Of a DNA stretch of 64,000 nucleotides, positions 30,901 to 38,948 are shown one piece after another. The notes beneath the pieces were generated by a model. It was not told the origin of the DNA. It ran no database searches and was given only the letters and a program-made list of their open reading frames with translations. The stretch is from a virus, in the IMG/VR virus record IMGVR_UViG_3300008339_000021, positions 26,206-90,205 of that record; one strand, 5' to 3'. Position 1 is the first letter of the stretch. Every line of letters begins with the position of its first letter. The position numbers and the translations under genes were made by a program.

Positions 30901-33502
30901 AAGTACCACCAAAAAATGTTTCAGTAAAAGCACCACCTGATGACAAGTATGTATCTAATTCAGATTGGAAATTACCTGGTGCATTAAATAATGTATTATA
31001 AGTATCATCATAATATGTTTGACCACCAACATTATTTAAGAATGTAGGATCACCTTGACCTTGTTGATCATAGTTATCTCCTGTAATACTTGTATTAATA
31101 TTACTTGGTGTAGTTGTGATTGAACCACCAGCTGTAGTCCATACACCATTGGGACCATTGATTGTGTTGGTTGCAGCACCACCATCAATTTTTAATTTAG
31201 CTTCAAACTGTGGATCAAAGTTACCAGCAGGGTAATTAATTTTTAATTCTCCTAATCCTTTTAAGATAGCGTTTATAATACCAGTTGCTAAAGCAAATGG
31301 TATAATTTTATTTGATAAAAGTTTAAACTTAGGATGCTTGCTTGGCTCAATAAAATACTGCAATGCTTCACCTTGTACACTACCATATATTTTTAATTCA
31401 GTAGCTGACAAATAAGGATTAATAAAACTTGTATCAGGTGAGTGGAATGAAACTATATCTGTCGGTATTGTTTGATTAACCTTATCATTTTCATTATCTC
31501 TTACTGTAATATAAGGATCATTATATAAGTAATTATAATCATTTGGATTTGTAGTATTAAGAGCTGGAACAATACAGTTAAATGGATAGTTAGCATATAA
31601 ACCAGTAACACCAGCTTCAGTAGCACTTCCTCTTGGATTATAATCCCGGAAGTTATTGATCATCCCTTTAGCTAGAATGCTTTTATTACCATGTCTTGAT
31701 CCTCTTAGTATTTCATATCCAACTATACCTGGTATATCATTACCATCATTATCTTTAGGGAATATAATATTCTTAAAGTCTACTCCCATCAGTCTAATAA
31801 AATATTCACCATTTGCTTTTTTTACAAAGTGATGAGTACTATTTCCTGTAGCATTATCAGGAAACCTATGATGTCTTATTGGTTTTCCACACAAATCATA
31901 ATTTGGATCTGTTGTTTGTGTCCAACATTGTGAACTTGAATTCCATACATTAGGTTGATAGTCTGGATAAACTTCAGTAGATTGCCAGTATCCCATTTTA
32001 CCTCGGGATATTACAGTGCCTCCATCAGGCAATACACTTGTTGTTGTTGAAGTTATAGTAGCTGTATTAACACTTTGGAAAAACATTGTGTCTCCAGGAA
32101 GAGTTACTCCAGTTTGATTTGCAAATGGTGCTAATTCAAAAATTGAATTTCCATTATATAAATAATTTTGTGGGGGTCTTCCCGGAATATGATAAGATGC
32201 TGACTTATCTCCTGTATTATATACCCAACGGATGAAAAAAGAATATACCTCATCTCTTAAATAAGATGTGTGTTTTCCCCCATCTATATAGTATCTTTCA
32301 GGATACTCAACACATACCCATTCTGTTTGAATTAGATTTGCTAATGGTTGATAATTAAAATCAAATTTAGAAGTTGGTCCTATTCTTAATAGATAATTAT
32401 TTACATCTGTCATTTGAGCAGATTTCTCAAATACAGGATTCTGTAAAATTAATTCTTCTACAGGAACCGTTACAGTGGTTTCAGGAATTTGATCAAGTAC
32501 AATATTTGTTGTTCTTGTAGAATAGTATCCAATTCTTTTTGCACTTAAGTTTTGATCTATAAATCTTACAACTACTAGTTCAAATTCTTTAAAGTGCTCC
32601 GTATCTGCATCTACAGATATCTCAAAGGAACCCCTCTCATTTACTGAGTTAAATACAGGTTGTATATAACCAATAGAAAAATAATTTGTAACTCTTTGTC
32701 TATCTATTACATAAGCTGCTAATACTCCATATGATCCATTTTCTAATACTCCCTGTTGTTCAGATAACCTTAAATCAAAACAAGGTGTCTTAACTAAAGA
32801 TGCTAGTCTTATTTCTTCACAGTTTAGTTCATTATATGGTTTACATATTACACAAGGTGTAGGTTCATTGGAATTTTCTGTTTGACATTTTTCTTTCCAT
32901 GCTACACCAGGCCAAAGTAACTTATTTGCTGTACCGTTACCATAATAGTTTATTGTTGTAGAACCAGGAGCTCCTCCTAACCAAACATAATCATCTGGTG
33001 GCCAAGTTTTGGGATCTCCAATATTTAAGTATCTATCTGGATTTAAATTATCAGCCCAGTACACTTGCCATGTACAATCATCTTTTAATTTACTAGCTCC
33101 AGTAATTAAATGTAACTTACTAAAGTTTAAACAATGATCTTGTACAATAGGTCTATACTTACATAAGTCTGATTCAAATAAACCTATCTCAGAATTATTT
33201 GCTTTTGTATCAAGTGCATCATAACCTACTGAATATATTACCCACTTATCACTAAATAAATGTATTGCACCAATTATATAAACAAAAGGTGAACCCATTG
33301 TTTGTCCAGCTCTAGCACATAAAGCATTTGATTCCTCATTAGATAAAGTGCCAAGATCCCCCTCTGCAGTATTATTCACAGCATTGCGGGCATGTGTCCA
33401 CATTCCCTCCTGTACAAATAATGGATCTGCATCTCTGTTTAACCCTTTTATAAATGAGTTAGTCTGAAGGGATGATGTTTCTTGTTGAGCTTTCTTTGCC
33501 AT
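27953..33502 (-). CDS. Tail nozzle/stabilisation protein (P22 gp10-like; crAss muzzle-like), 1849 aa
   Basis: N-terminus NSFIKGLNRD..EGMWTHARN and C-terminal WTISYDP..WISFHDW resemble crAss-like stabilisation proteins. Beta-rich; lies between ring genes and cargo genes. Confidence 0.7.
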   Translation of the reverse strand: MAKKAQQETSSLQTNSFIKGLNRDADPLFVQEGMWTHARNAVNNTAEGDLGTLSNEESNALCARAGQTMGSPFVYIIGAIHLFSDKWVIYSVGYDALDTKANNSEIGLFESDLCKYRPIVQDHCLNFSKLHLITGASKLKDDCTWQVYWADNLNPDRYLNIGDPKTWPPDDYVWLGGAPGSTTINYYGNGTANKLLWPGVAWKEKCQTENSNEPTPCVICKPYNELNCEEIRLASLVKTPCFDLRLSEQQGVLENGSYGVLAAYVIDRQRVTNYFSIGYIQPVFNSVNERGSFEISVDADTEHFKEFELVVVRFIDQNLSAKRIGYYSTRTTNIVLDQIPETTVTVPVEELILQNPVFEKSAQMTDVNNYLLRIGPTSKFDFNYQPLANLIQTEWVCVEYPERYYIDGGKHTSYLRDEVYSFFIRWVYNTGDKSASYHIPGRPPQNYLYNGNSIFELAPFANQTGVTLPGDTMFFQSVNTATITSTTTSVLPDGGTVISRGKMGYWQSTEVYPDYQPNVWNSSSQCWTQTTDPNYDLCGKPIRHHRFPDNATGNSTHHFVKKANGEYFIRLMGVDFKNIIFPKDNDGNDIPGIVGYEILRGSRHGNKSILAKGMINNFRDYNPRGSATEAGVTGLYANYPFNCIVPALNTTNPNDYNYLYNDPYITVRDNENDKVNQTIPTDIVSFHSPDTSFINPYLSATELKIYGSVQGEALQYFIEPSKHPKFKLLSNKIIPFALATGIINAILKGLGELKINYPAGNFDPQFEAKLKIDGGAATNTINGPNGVWTTAGGSITTTPSNINTSITGDNYDQQGQGDPTFLNNVGGQTYYDDTYNTLFNAPGNFQSELDTYLSSGGAFTETFFGGTSLENLFKTTYEQVAQDGKYITTPTYDKTYTGYEMLGPTINNFLGGISNGGQLLFYFVEGAQLATETIYAIVRKRQYALEMVSHGDYWRFVKPNDSFDKRFVMEEGIYVYDQLQAMPEFIDSSGNLKKYTINNIKRPKLAVVRTKRGNATGTSMGPHYLLQGNGDSIDQSLMTLNYAIRTFNPLASIPGGSAFTPNKINWRDTGKSNNFINNIASHYVGLKYRIENQYGQVDTIQQVVATPCEQKINFQATSGANTLSSTSFGNTCSIENFTQKKLYTPVFFGGDTYINRFTEKNIMHFFYEWLYDVPDNIEWNYFLNQMIPEPKFQVNSQPWDISDFNLQNILDMFQSTPDYGDGLLPRSYYDLDNVYYSISNNSWLIYPGIFGVKDSYFYTSANGIRDFFVESEVLVDFRDVGTFDYERPYSKYNYTDLPSLFDSNPQILTKGNFYAYDFSLSASRFLFNQYFTAGYLQGVSYDPNIAELCYVTYPNRVTYSLQQQDASNIDAWRTFLPLNKVDFKSKLSSVKSFAKTGLFITFENDSPLIYQGVDSIQLDDSGTKVTVGDGGLFEQAPQNVVVAEKPYEYGSSQNKYGVVSTPAGLYYISQNQGKVFSYREGLTEISQDGMKWWFSEFLPFKLLEDFPNYPHTDNPVAGISCMASYDNDNSVLYFSKRDFRLKDEYKNQVIYDSFYDNFMIPVTFGPDGKPTRYNKFKLGNPQYFTDASWTISYDPKLQFWISFHDWHPNFYIPSKGTFLTTKVDGIWKHSAYCNDYCNFYGVQYPFEIELPVVTAQMINTIKSIEYYLECYRRDRNLCIDQFHILDYNFDQAVIHNTEQVSGYLNLNLYPKNDIPLSLQFPKLGSNQASYDILYSKEENKYRINQFWDITKDRGEFPIGSSYPPAPGPYFPSPDSTVLLGNYEDRNIWVTAPNGYDKVLNLLNLDYAKPELQRKKFRHYINFLKLSKSNSRDTNMILKIVNTKTQYSPR

Positions 33503-33503
33503 A

Positions 33504-34523
33504 TTATACTACTCTTATCTTATTATAGTTTCTATAGTATACATTGTTAGGTGAGTAGCTTTTGAACATGTCATAATACTTACCGTACATTGCTTTTCTA
33601 TTAGCCATCCATAATTTTTCCATCTCTTTAAAGTTAGGAGTGTTAACTAAACTAAGTGCTTGATTTCTTGCTGCTTTTAATTTAGCTGATACTAACTGAA
33701 GTTTTGTTACCACATCTTCACCATTCATGAATAAGTTTTCTAGAATTCTTTCTTTTACTGCATACTCATAGTATTCATTAAGAAGTTCATGATCAGGAAC
33801 AAGAAGATTCCCGTCATCATCTTCAAGGTGTGCTTGATAATTAAGATATACTTTACCTTCTTTAAATGTGGTATTTAAGAATCCATATTTTATCCAACCT
33901 TCATTTGCTGTATTGTAATATAAGTTTGGACAGTCACATTCAATTTCTTGACTAGGTTTCATTCTTAAAGGTTGAGTATAACTAAATACTCTAACCTCAC
34001 CTGGCTTTACTACTTGTACAAGTTCATAAGCTTCATTCTTGCAATTAACAAATACTCTTGGTTGAACTACTCTTGGAGGAGTACAAGTATCTCCATATGG
34101 AGCTTCAGGATTATGTGTTACACATACACCTTCTTTACCTTCAAAACAACATGGTTGATCTACTGGAGCCTCACAACAATTAAGAATTGTTTTTGCAGGA
34201 AACTCACGGTATGGTATTTCTTCAATGTGAGTACCACCTACACCCATAGAATATCCTGTCTGATACACATAATTTCCACAGACTAATCCAAAATTGAATG
34301 TATAAAAATTATCAGGTAACTTTACTTTATGATGTGTAACATCTAGAATTATCTCCTTCTGTTGGTTTATTCTTAAACCAAGATCATAATTAATTTTCCT
34401 AACCAACTTGATTAGTTGTTGAGGTTCAATCATGTTCTCTAATGCAAAAGTATGTAAGTCAATACTTACATCTTCTAGAAGCTGATCAAAAGTTCTATAT
34501 TTAAGAGTGTAGTTAAAGTCCAT
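33504..34523 (-). CDS. Tail ring/tubular protein (crAss-like)
   Basis: Motifs VKLPDNF and GKVYLNY..DDDGNLLVPD..EYYEYAVK; immediately upstream of the nozzle gene. Confidence 0.6.
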   Translation of the reverse strand: MDFNYTLKYRTFDQLLEDVSIDLHTFALENMIEPQQLIKLVRKINYDLGLRINQQKEIILDVTHHKVKLPDNFYTFNFGLVCGNYVYQTGYSMGVGGTHIEEIPYREFPAKTILNCCEAPVDQPCCFEGKEGVCVTHNPEAPYGDTCTPPRVVQPRVFVNCKNEAYELVQVVKPGEVRVFSYTQPLRMKPSQEIECDCPNLYYNTANEGWIKYGFLNTTFKEGKVYLNYQAHLEDDDGNLLVPDHELLNEYYEYAVKERILENLFMNGEDVVTKLQLVSAKLKAARNQALSLVNTPNFKEMEKLWMANRKAMYGKYYDMFKSYSPNNVYYRNYNKIRVV

Positions 34524-35185
34524 TATCTTAGTATATTTTGACTGTCATCTGTTGGATCTACAGGGATCTGAGCAATCAGGGTTAATTCTTTTAATGCAAA
34601 CTGTTCAACTTCAGAAAATAAATATTCAGGAATATTAAGTGGCTGATCTTGTATTAACTGACATGCATCAGAGTCACATGTTGGAACATCATTTTCAAAT
34701 ATGGCTTCTATTCTCATAGCATCCCAATCAACATTAGGAACATATATATAACCATTAAGATACCAAAAGTAAGGTCTCTTATTATATTTAAAAGTTGTAG
34801 ATTTAGTTATAGAAACCCAAGTACCAGGATCTGTTCTAAACATTTCAATGCCTCCGTCTATTGATGAAGCTGTTCTAATTAGTGGTCCAAACATACCATC
34901 TAAAATACTTGGTAGTTTTTCTTTTGATCTTTTAAAGTAACACCCAGAATATACACCAATACAACCTGCCTCTACTTTATCTACATCTATCAATTCAATG
35001 TAAGGTAATACTTTGAAGATTGAACTAATCTTCATTAGTCTAAACTGATTGTCTTCTCTTTTAATTAGAGTTTTTGCATACTTAGTAAGTACAAAGTATA
35101 TTTGACGGTCAGTAAGAAATGGATCTTCTTTTACAGCTTTTAGTGCATTTCTCACTCTAGATATTGCTTCTCCAATTGTTGTCAT
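34523..35185 (-). CDS. Tail ring protein (crAss-like)
   Basis: Size, synteny between IHF-like and ring/nozzle genes, motifs LTDRQI, YFWYLNGYIYV, IEAIFE. Confidence 0.55.
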   Translation of the reverse strand: MTTIGEAISRVRNALKAVKEDPFLTDRQIYFVLTKYAKTLIKREDNQFRLMKISSIFKVLPYIELIDVDKVEAGCIGVYSGCYFKRSKEKLPSILDGMFGPLIRTASSIDGGIEMFRTDPGTWVSITKSTTFKYNKRPYFWYLNGYIYVPNVDWDAMRIEAIFENDVPTCDSDACQLIQDQPLNIPEYLFSEVEQFALKELTLIAQIPVDPTDDSQNILR

Positions 35186-35763
35186 AAGTCAAACTCATTA
35201 TAGCTTTTTAAAGCTTTATTTTCTTTCATAAGGACAATATTTTTAACTACTGTCTTCTGATATATTTTTCTAAGTTTAGTAGTTGCATCAACTACAACAT
35301 ACATATTCCAGTTTTCTGGATAATTTTTAGAAACAGCTCTTTTAAAATCTCTACATGCAACAAAACTCCAATACTCTCTATTCTTCATTTTATGCTTTGG
35401 TGCATGACTTGTAAAAAAGATTTTAGCTAATTTACCATCTGTGTCAAAGTTTCTATTTGTAACTGTTACACCATACTTGTTTGATTTAGCATAGTCTACA
35501 TTTGCCTTTTTACTTTTCTGGCAAGTACCTATAAATAACCAACCAATTGTTTCTGGTAATTGTACACCATCTCTTTTTTCAATTACAGTATTATAAACTA
35601 ACTTGTTAAATGATTTGATTATCTTTCTTAACTTGTCATTTGTATAGTCTTTATACTTACTGTGCTTTTTTCTAAAATCATCAAAGAACTTCTTATCTAA
35701 TATGTTGTGCACTTCTGGTCTAAACCGTGGTGCTTTTAAATCTGGTTTTTTAAATTCCTTCAT
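35182..35763 (-). CDS. HU/IHF-like basic DNA-binding protein
   Basis: Basic. Helix pair followed by GVQLPETIGWLFI (HU-like L-x-x-x-G-x-F turn). crAss-like phages carry IHF homologs at this position. Confidence 0.55.
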   Translation of the reverse strand: MKEFKKPDLKAPRFRPEVHNILDKKFFDDFRKKHSKYKDYTNDKLRKIIKSFNKLVYNTVIEKRDGVQLPETIGWLFIGTCQKSKKANVDYAKSNKYGVTVTNRNFDTDGKLAKIFFTSHAPKHKMKNREYWSFVACRDFKRAVSKNYPENWNMYVVVDATTKLRKIYQKTVVKNIVLMKENKALKSYNEFDL

Positions 35764-35765
35764 AT

Positions 35766-35800
35766 TAATATACTAAAAATTAATGACATTAACAAATATA
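35766..35800 (-). promoter_or_regulatory. Tandem promoter-like elements: TATATTTG (35793-35800, Bacteroidota -7 consensus TAnnTTTG) and TTTAGTATATTA (35766-35777)
   Basis: Located right after a terminator and before the IHF-like start codon. Confidence 0.55.
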
Positions 35801-35810
35801 GGTATAAAAC

Positions 35811-35836
35811 AAAACCCCCACAAGTGTGGGGGCTTT
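35811..35836 (-). terminator. Rho-independent terminator
   Basis: Minus strand AAAGCCCCCAC-ACTT-GTGGGGGTTTT followed by GTTTT, downstream of the 434-aa gene. Confidence 0.85.
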
Positions 35837-35842
35837 GCTTGT

Positions 35843-35872
35843 TTGTCACAGAAACCAACAAACCTGTAACAA
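35843..35872 (-). other. 3'-UTR stem-loop with 12-nt loop GUUUGUUGGUUU
   Basis: Minus strand TTGTTACAG-[GTTTGTTGGTTT]-CTGTGACAA: 9-bp stem with one G.U pair, between stop codon and terminator. Confidence 0.6.
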
Positions 35873-35874
35873 TT

Positions 35875-37179
35875 TTATCCCATTACAGTGATAGTAGCTG
35901 GAGCCCAGTCACCACCTGTTATGTTAGTAATTTCAATTGTATTGTTATTTACAATTCTATATGTATAATCTGTACCATGAACATATGCTGGTAAAGTTGG
36001 TAAACTTCCATCATACTCTAAAACTGATACTAACAAACTTGGTGTATTTAAGTTGTGAGTAACAGTAACAGATGCTCCAGAAAGAACAGCTGAACTTTGT
36101 ACCCATTTGTTAAAAGTTATTCCAACAGTAACTGCAGTAGCAGAACCTGTTAATGTAATACCTTCACCAATACTATTTGTACTTGCTGTTAGACCTTTAG
36201 TTGCAAGTGTTGGACCAGTACCATCATTTACTAATGTTTCAGTTCCTCCAGCAGATGCTAATGTAACTGTAGCAGGAATTGCAGTATTTGTAATAGTGAT
36301 ATCAGTTCCACTAGCAGTTAAAGAAATCCCTGCACCTGCAGTTAATCCTTTAGTTGCTAAAGCAGGTCCTGTACCATCATTAACTAGAGTTTCAGTACCA
36401 CCTGCTGATGCCAATGTTACAGCAGAACCCGGATCAGAGTTAGTAATTCTAATTGCATCTGTACTAGGTACAGTACTTGCATTAAGAACAATACCTGTTC
36501 CAGCTACAAAGTTTAATGTATCACCAGGAGCTTCAGCAATTTGAATATTTGTAGGATCATTATCAGGTCCCCAAGTAAATCCTGTATCAGGATTAATAGT
36601 AGCTCTATCATAATCATTTGGTGGAACTACAGTTCCTGGTACAACTGATGCACCAGTTACGTGACCAAATGTATCAAATGTAAAGAAGATATCTTGGATA
36701 AATGTATTACCAGAATTATCACTAGTTAAGTTACTTACAGTTGATGTATCTTGATGTGATATAGTAACTGCATTTGTAACAGGGTTTACAGAAACATCAA
36801 TACCAGGACCTTCAAAAATTGATGATGCAATAGTTTGGGCAATGATTAAATCAAAGTAAGCTTGTAATGCTGGTACATCTACATAGACAGTATAAGTAGT
36901 TATGTTACCTACTGTGTTAGATACTACATCAATATATTCTGATCCTACTACTGTTGAAATTGGAGCTTCAACACTACATAGGTAATTAACAAGTTTAGTA
37001 ATAACTGTATCAAGATAATCATATCTTCTGATTACTACATCTTGATTACACATAATATCTGTTCCTGTATATACAATACATTGTGCATTGAATACTTCAG
37101 GACAAGATGGTGGACATGGTGCAGTTACAGTATAGGTATTGCTGCATCCACAATTTTTGGTACAGGTGTGATTTGCCAT
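35875..37179 (-). CDS. Fibre-like structural protein (434 aa) with Cys-rich N-terminus and internal duplication
   Basis: T/G/V-rich beta repeats (AGTGI, AGAGI), FDTFGHVTG, VTVTHNLNT motifs typical of phage fibres. Confidence 0.65.
   Translation of the reverse strand: MANHTCTKNCGCSNTYTVTAPCPPSCPEVFNAQCIVYTGTDIMCNQDVVIRRYDYLDTVITKLVNYLCSVEAPISTVVGSEYIDVVSNTVGNITTYTVYVDVPALQAYFDLIIAQTIASSIFEGPGIDVSVNPVTNAVTISHQDTSTVSNLTSDNSGNTFIQDIFFTFDTFGHVTGASVVPGTVVPPNDYDRATINPDTGFTWGPDNDPTNIQIAEAPGDTLNFVAGTGIVLNASTVPSTDAIRITNSDPGSAVTLASAGGTETLVNDGTGPALATKGLTAGAGISLTASGTDITITNTAIPATVTLASAGGTETLVNDGTGPTLATKGLTASTNSIGEGITLTGSATAVTVGITFNKWVQSSAVLSGASVTVTHNLNTPSLLVSVLEYDGSLPTLPAYVHGTDYTYRIVNNNTIEITNITGGDWAPATITVMG
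36185..36423. repeat. Two diverged direct copies encoding VTLASAGGTETLVNDGTGPxLATKGLTA
   Basis: Near-identical 28-aa repeat at about 36185-36270 and 36338-36423, with many synonymous differences. Confidence 0.85.
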
Positions 37180-37224
37180 TTTTTTTATTTTAATTAAACA
37201 TATATATACTTTTTCTTTTTATAC

Positions 37225-38922
37225 CTAACAGCTTATAAAAGTTGGTGTATTACCTGAACAATCCTGCACAAATGCTTTAAGATCAGATAAATTAATTTGT
37301 AGACCTCCTAATTGTTCTGCTCTTGACATATCTTGATCAAATGCAAATGTCAGAGATGAACCAACTAAATTAGGTTGATAAGAACCTGCTGCTGATGCAT
37401 TAAATTGACTTGGTGCTGTACCAAAATATTCTGGTATATTTTCTCCTGCTACAGCTACTGTACAAAGTTGTCTTGTCAAAGATGTTTTACCTACTACATT
37501 AGGTGATCTATACCAATCATTAAAGTTGGCACTAGTAATAGTTAATTGTCCTATATCACTTATTGATAAACCAATAACAGATGTCATTGAATAATCATCA
37601 TCCTCATCTCCACCAGTTCTTGCAACTCTTTCACAAATAATTCTACCTGTTACTGAAGCACCACCATCTATAGTTTCACCTACACCCAAAATACCTGGAG
37701 GTATAACACTATTTCCTCTATGGAAGCGAAGTCTTAAAGCTTCTTCTGGAGGAGTACTAACACCCCATGCTGCATAAAAGGGGCCACTCAATAAACATGC
37801 ATTGGGATCACTACCTGAACTAGCCTGTAATGTATTAAATGTAAATCCTGAATATACTCCATTATAGTCATCAGGATCTACAACAGTTATTGCACTACCA
37901 CCTCCTCCATTAAGTGTTGAACCTATAGGAACAAAAGCAGTACCTTTAAAATATATTACATTTCCAATTCTTCTACACTGTGGTTTAAAAGCTGCTCCAC
38001 TCATAAAGTTAAATCCTAGTAAAGGAATCCAACCAGTGTCCTGCATATCTGCTCTTAGTATACCACCTGTATATGTTAAATTAACTGTATTAGTATCTGT
38101 TACTGTAATTGTAGTAAATGCATTATACATATCACATACTGCAATCCATAAATTATTAATGGCATCTGCTACAGTATTATAAGAACCAGATTGTATCCAA
38201 TTTGGATTTGTAGAAAATGGAGTTCCTGTTGTAAGTTGTAAATCAGCATCTGTAATGCAGATTGCATCTACAGCATTTATTAAATCACCTGTAGTACCTG
38301 TAGCTGCATAAAATGGACACCATACATCATTTATAAATTCTTCTAATACAACATTTATAAATTGAGTTGACCCATTAAGTAATGCACCTATATCACATCC
38401 TAAAGTAAAGGACGGGATTGTAAATACTGGTGGTGGAGCATTTTCTAATTCTTCTAATCTAATTATAATGTCAGTTATCTGTGCATTTATATTTCCAATT
38501 TCATCAATAAGTGCACAAATTTTTTCTCCAATCATTTGAACATAGTCAAGTAATTGCATTGTGGTAACATTACCAACTCGAAAACAAGGTGCAACAGATA
38601 CTACACAATCAGGACATCCCGGATTTGTTTTTATATCTTCTGGAGTGATACCTTGAATCTCACAAATTTTATCAATAAGAAGTTGTATTAATGCCTGAAA
38701 ATCTTTTGGCTTACATGCTGTAATTCCTAAGCAAGCTAAGTCATAGTTATTTACATTAGTTTGATCTAATATAGTACACAACTCAGTTGCAAGTTTAAAT
38801 ACTACATCAGATATAGTATCTCCAGTACAAAGATCTATACAAGCAATATCTGGTCCTTGCCATATTATGCAATTACTAGAAGTTGGACTACAAGGTTTAT
38901 TATCTAAATTTAAAGGCTTCAT
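37225..38922 (-). CDS. Cys-rich structural/fibre protein (565 aa)
   Basis: N-terminal SSNCIIWQGPDIAC motif parallels NAQCIVYTGTDIMC in the next gene. Short coiled coil; DTGW...CRRIGNVIYFKG resembles a fibre tip domain. Confidence 0.6.
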   Translation of the reverse strand: MKPLNLDNKPCSPTSSNCIIWQGPDIACIDLCTGDTISDVVFKLATELCTILDQTNVNNYDLACLGITACKPKDFQALIQLLIDKICEIQGITPEDIKTNPGCPDCVVSVAPCFRVGNVTTMQLLDYVQMIGEKICALIDEIGNINAQITDIIIRLEELENAPPPVFTIPSFTLGCDIGALLNGSTQFINVVLEEFINDVWCPFYAATGTTGDLINAVDAICITDADLQLTTGTPFSTNPNWIQSGSYNTVADAINNLWIAVCDMYNAFTTITVTDTNTVNLTYTGGILRADMQDTGWIPLLGFNFMSGAAFKPQCRRIGNVIYFKGTAFVPIGSTLNGGGGSAITVVDPDDYNGVYSGFTFNTLQASSGSDPNACLLSGPFYAAWGVSTPPEEALRLRFHRGNSVIPPGILGVGETIDGGASVTGRIICERVARTGGDEDDDYSMTSVIGLSISDIGQLTITSANFNDWYRSPNVVGKTSLTRQLCTVAVAGENIPEYFGTAPSQFNASAAGSYQPNLVGSSLTFAFDQDMSRAEQLGGLQINLSDLKAFVQDCSGNTPTFISC

Positions 38923-38937
38923 ACTTTTATCTATTTA

Positions 38938-38948
38938 TAATATACAAA
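38938..38948 (-). promoter_or_regulatory. Conserved intergenic motif (TTTGTATATTA), candidate late promoter
   Basis: Exact copy in a 26-nt intergenic gap upstream of the 565-aa gene. Confidence 0.55.

Noticed and set aside
36185-36423. Diversity-generating retroelement TR/VR pair
   Set aside because: Both copies are in-frame in one gene, differences are synonymous and not adenine-specific, and no reverse transcriptase is in the window.
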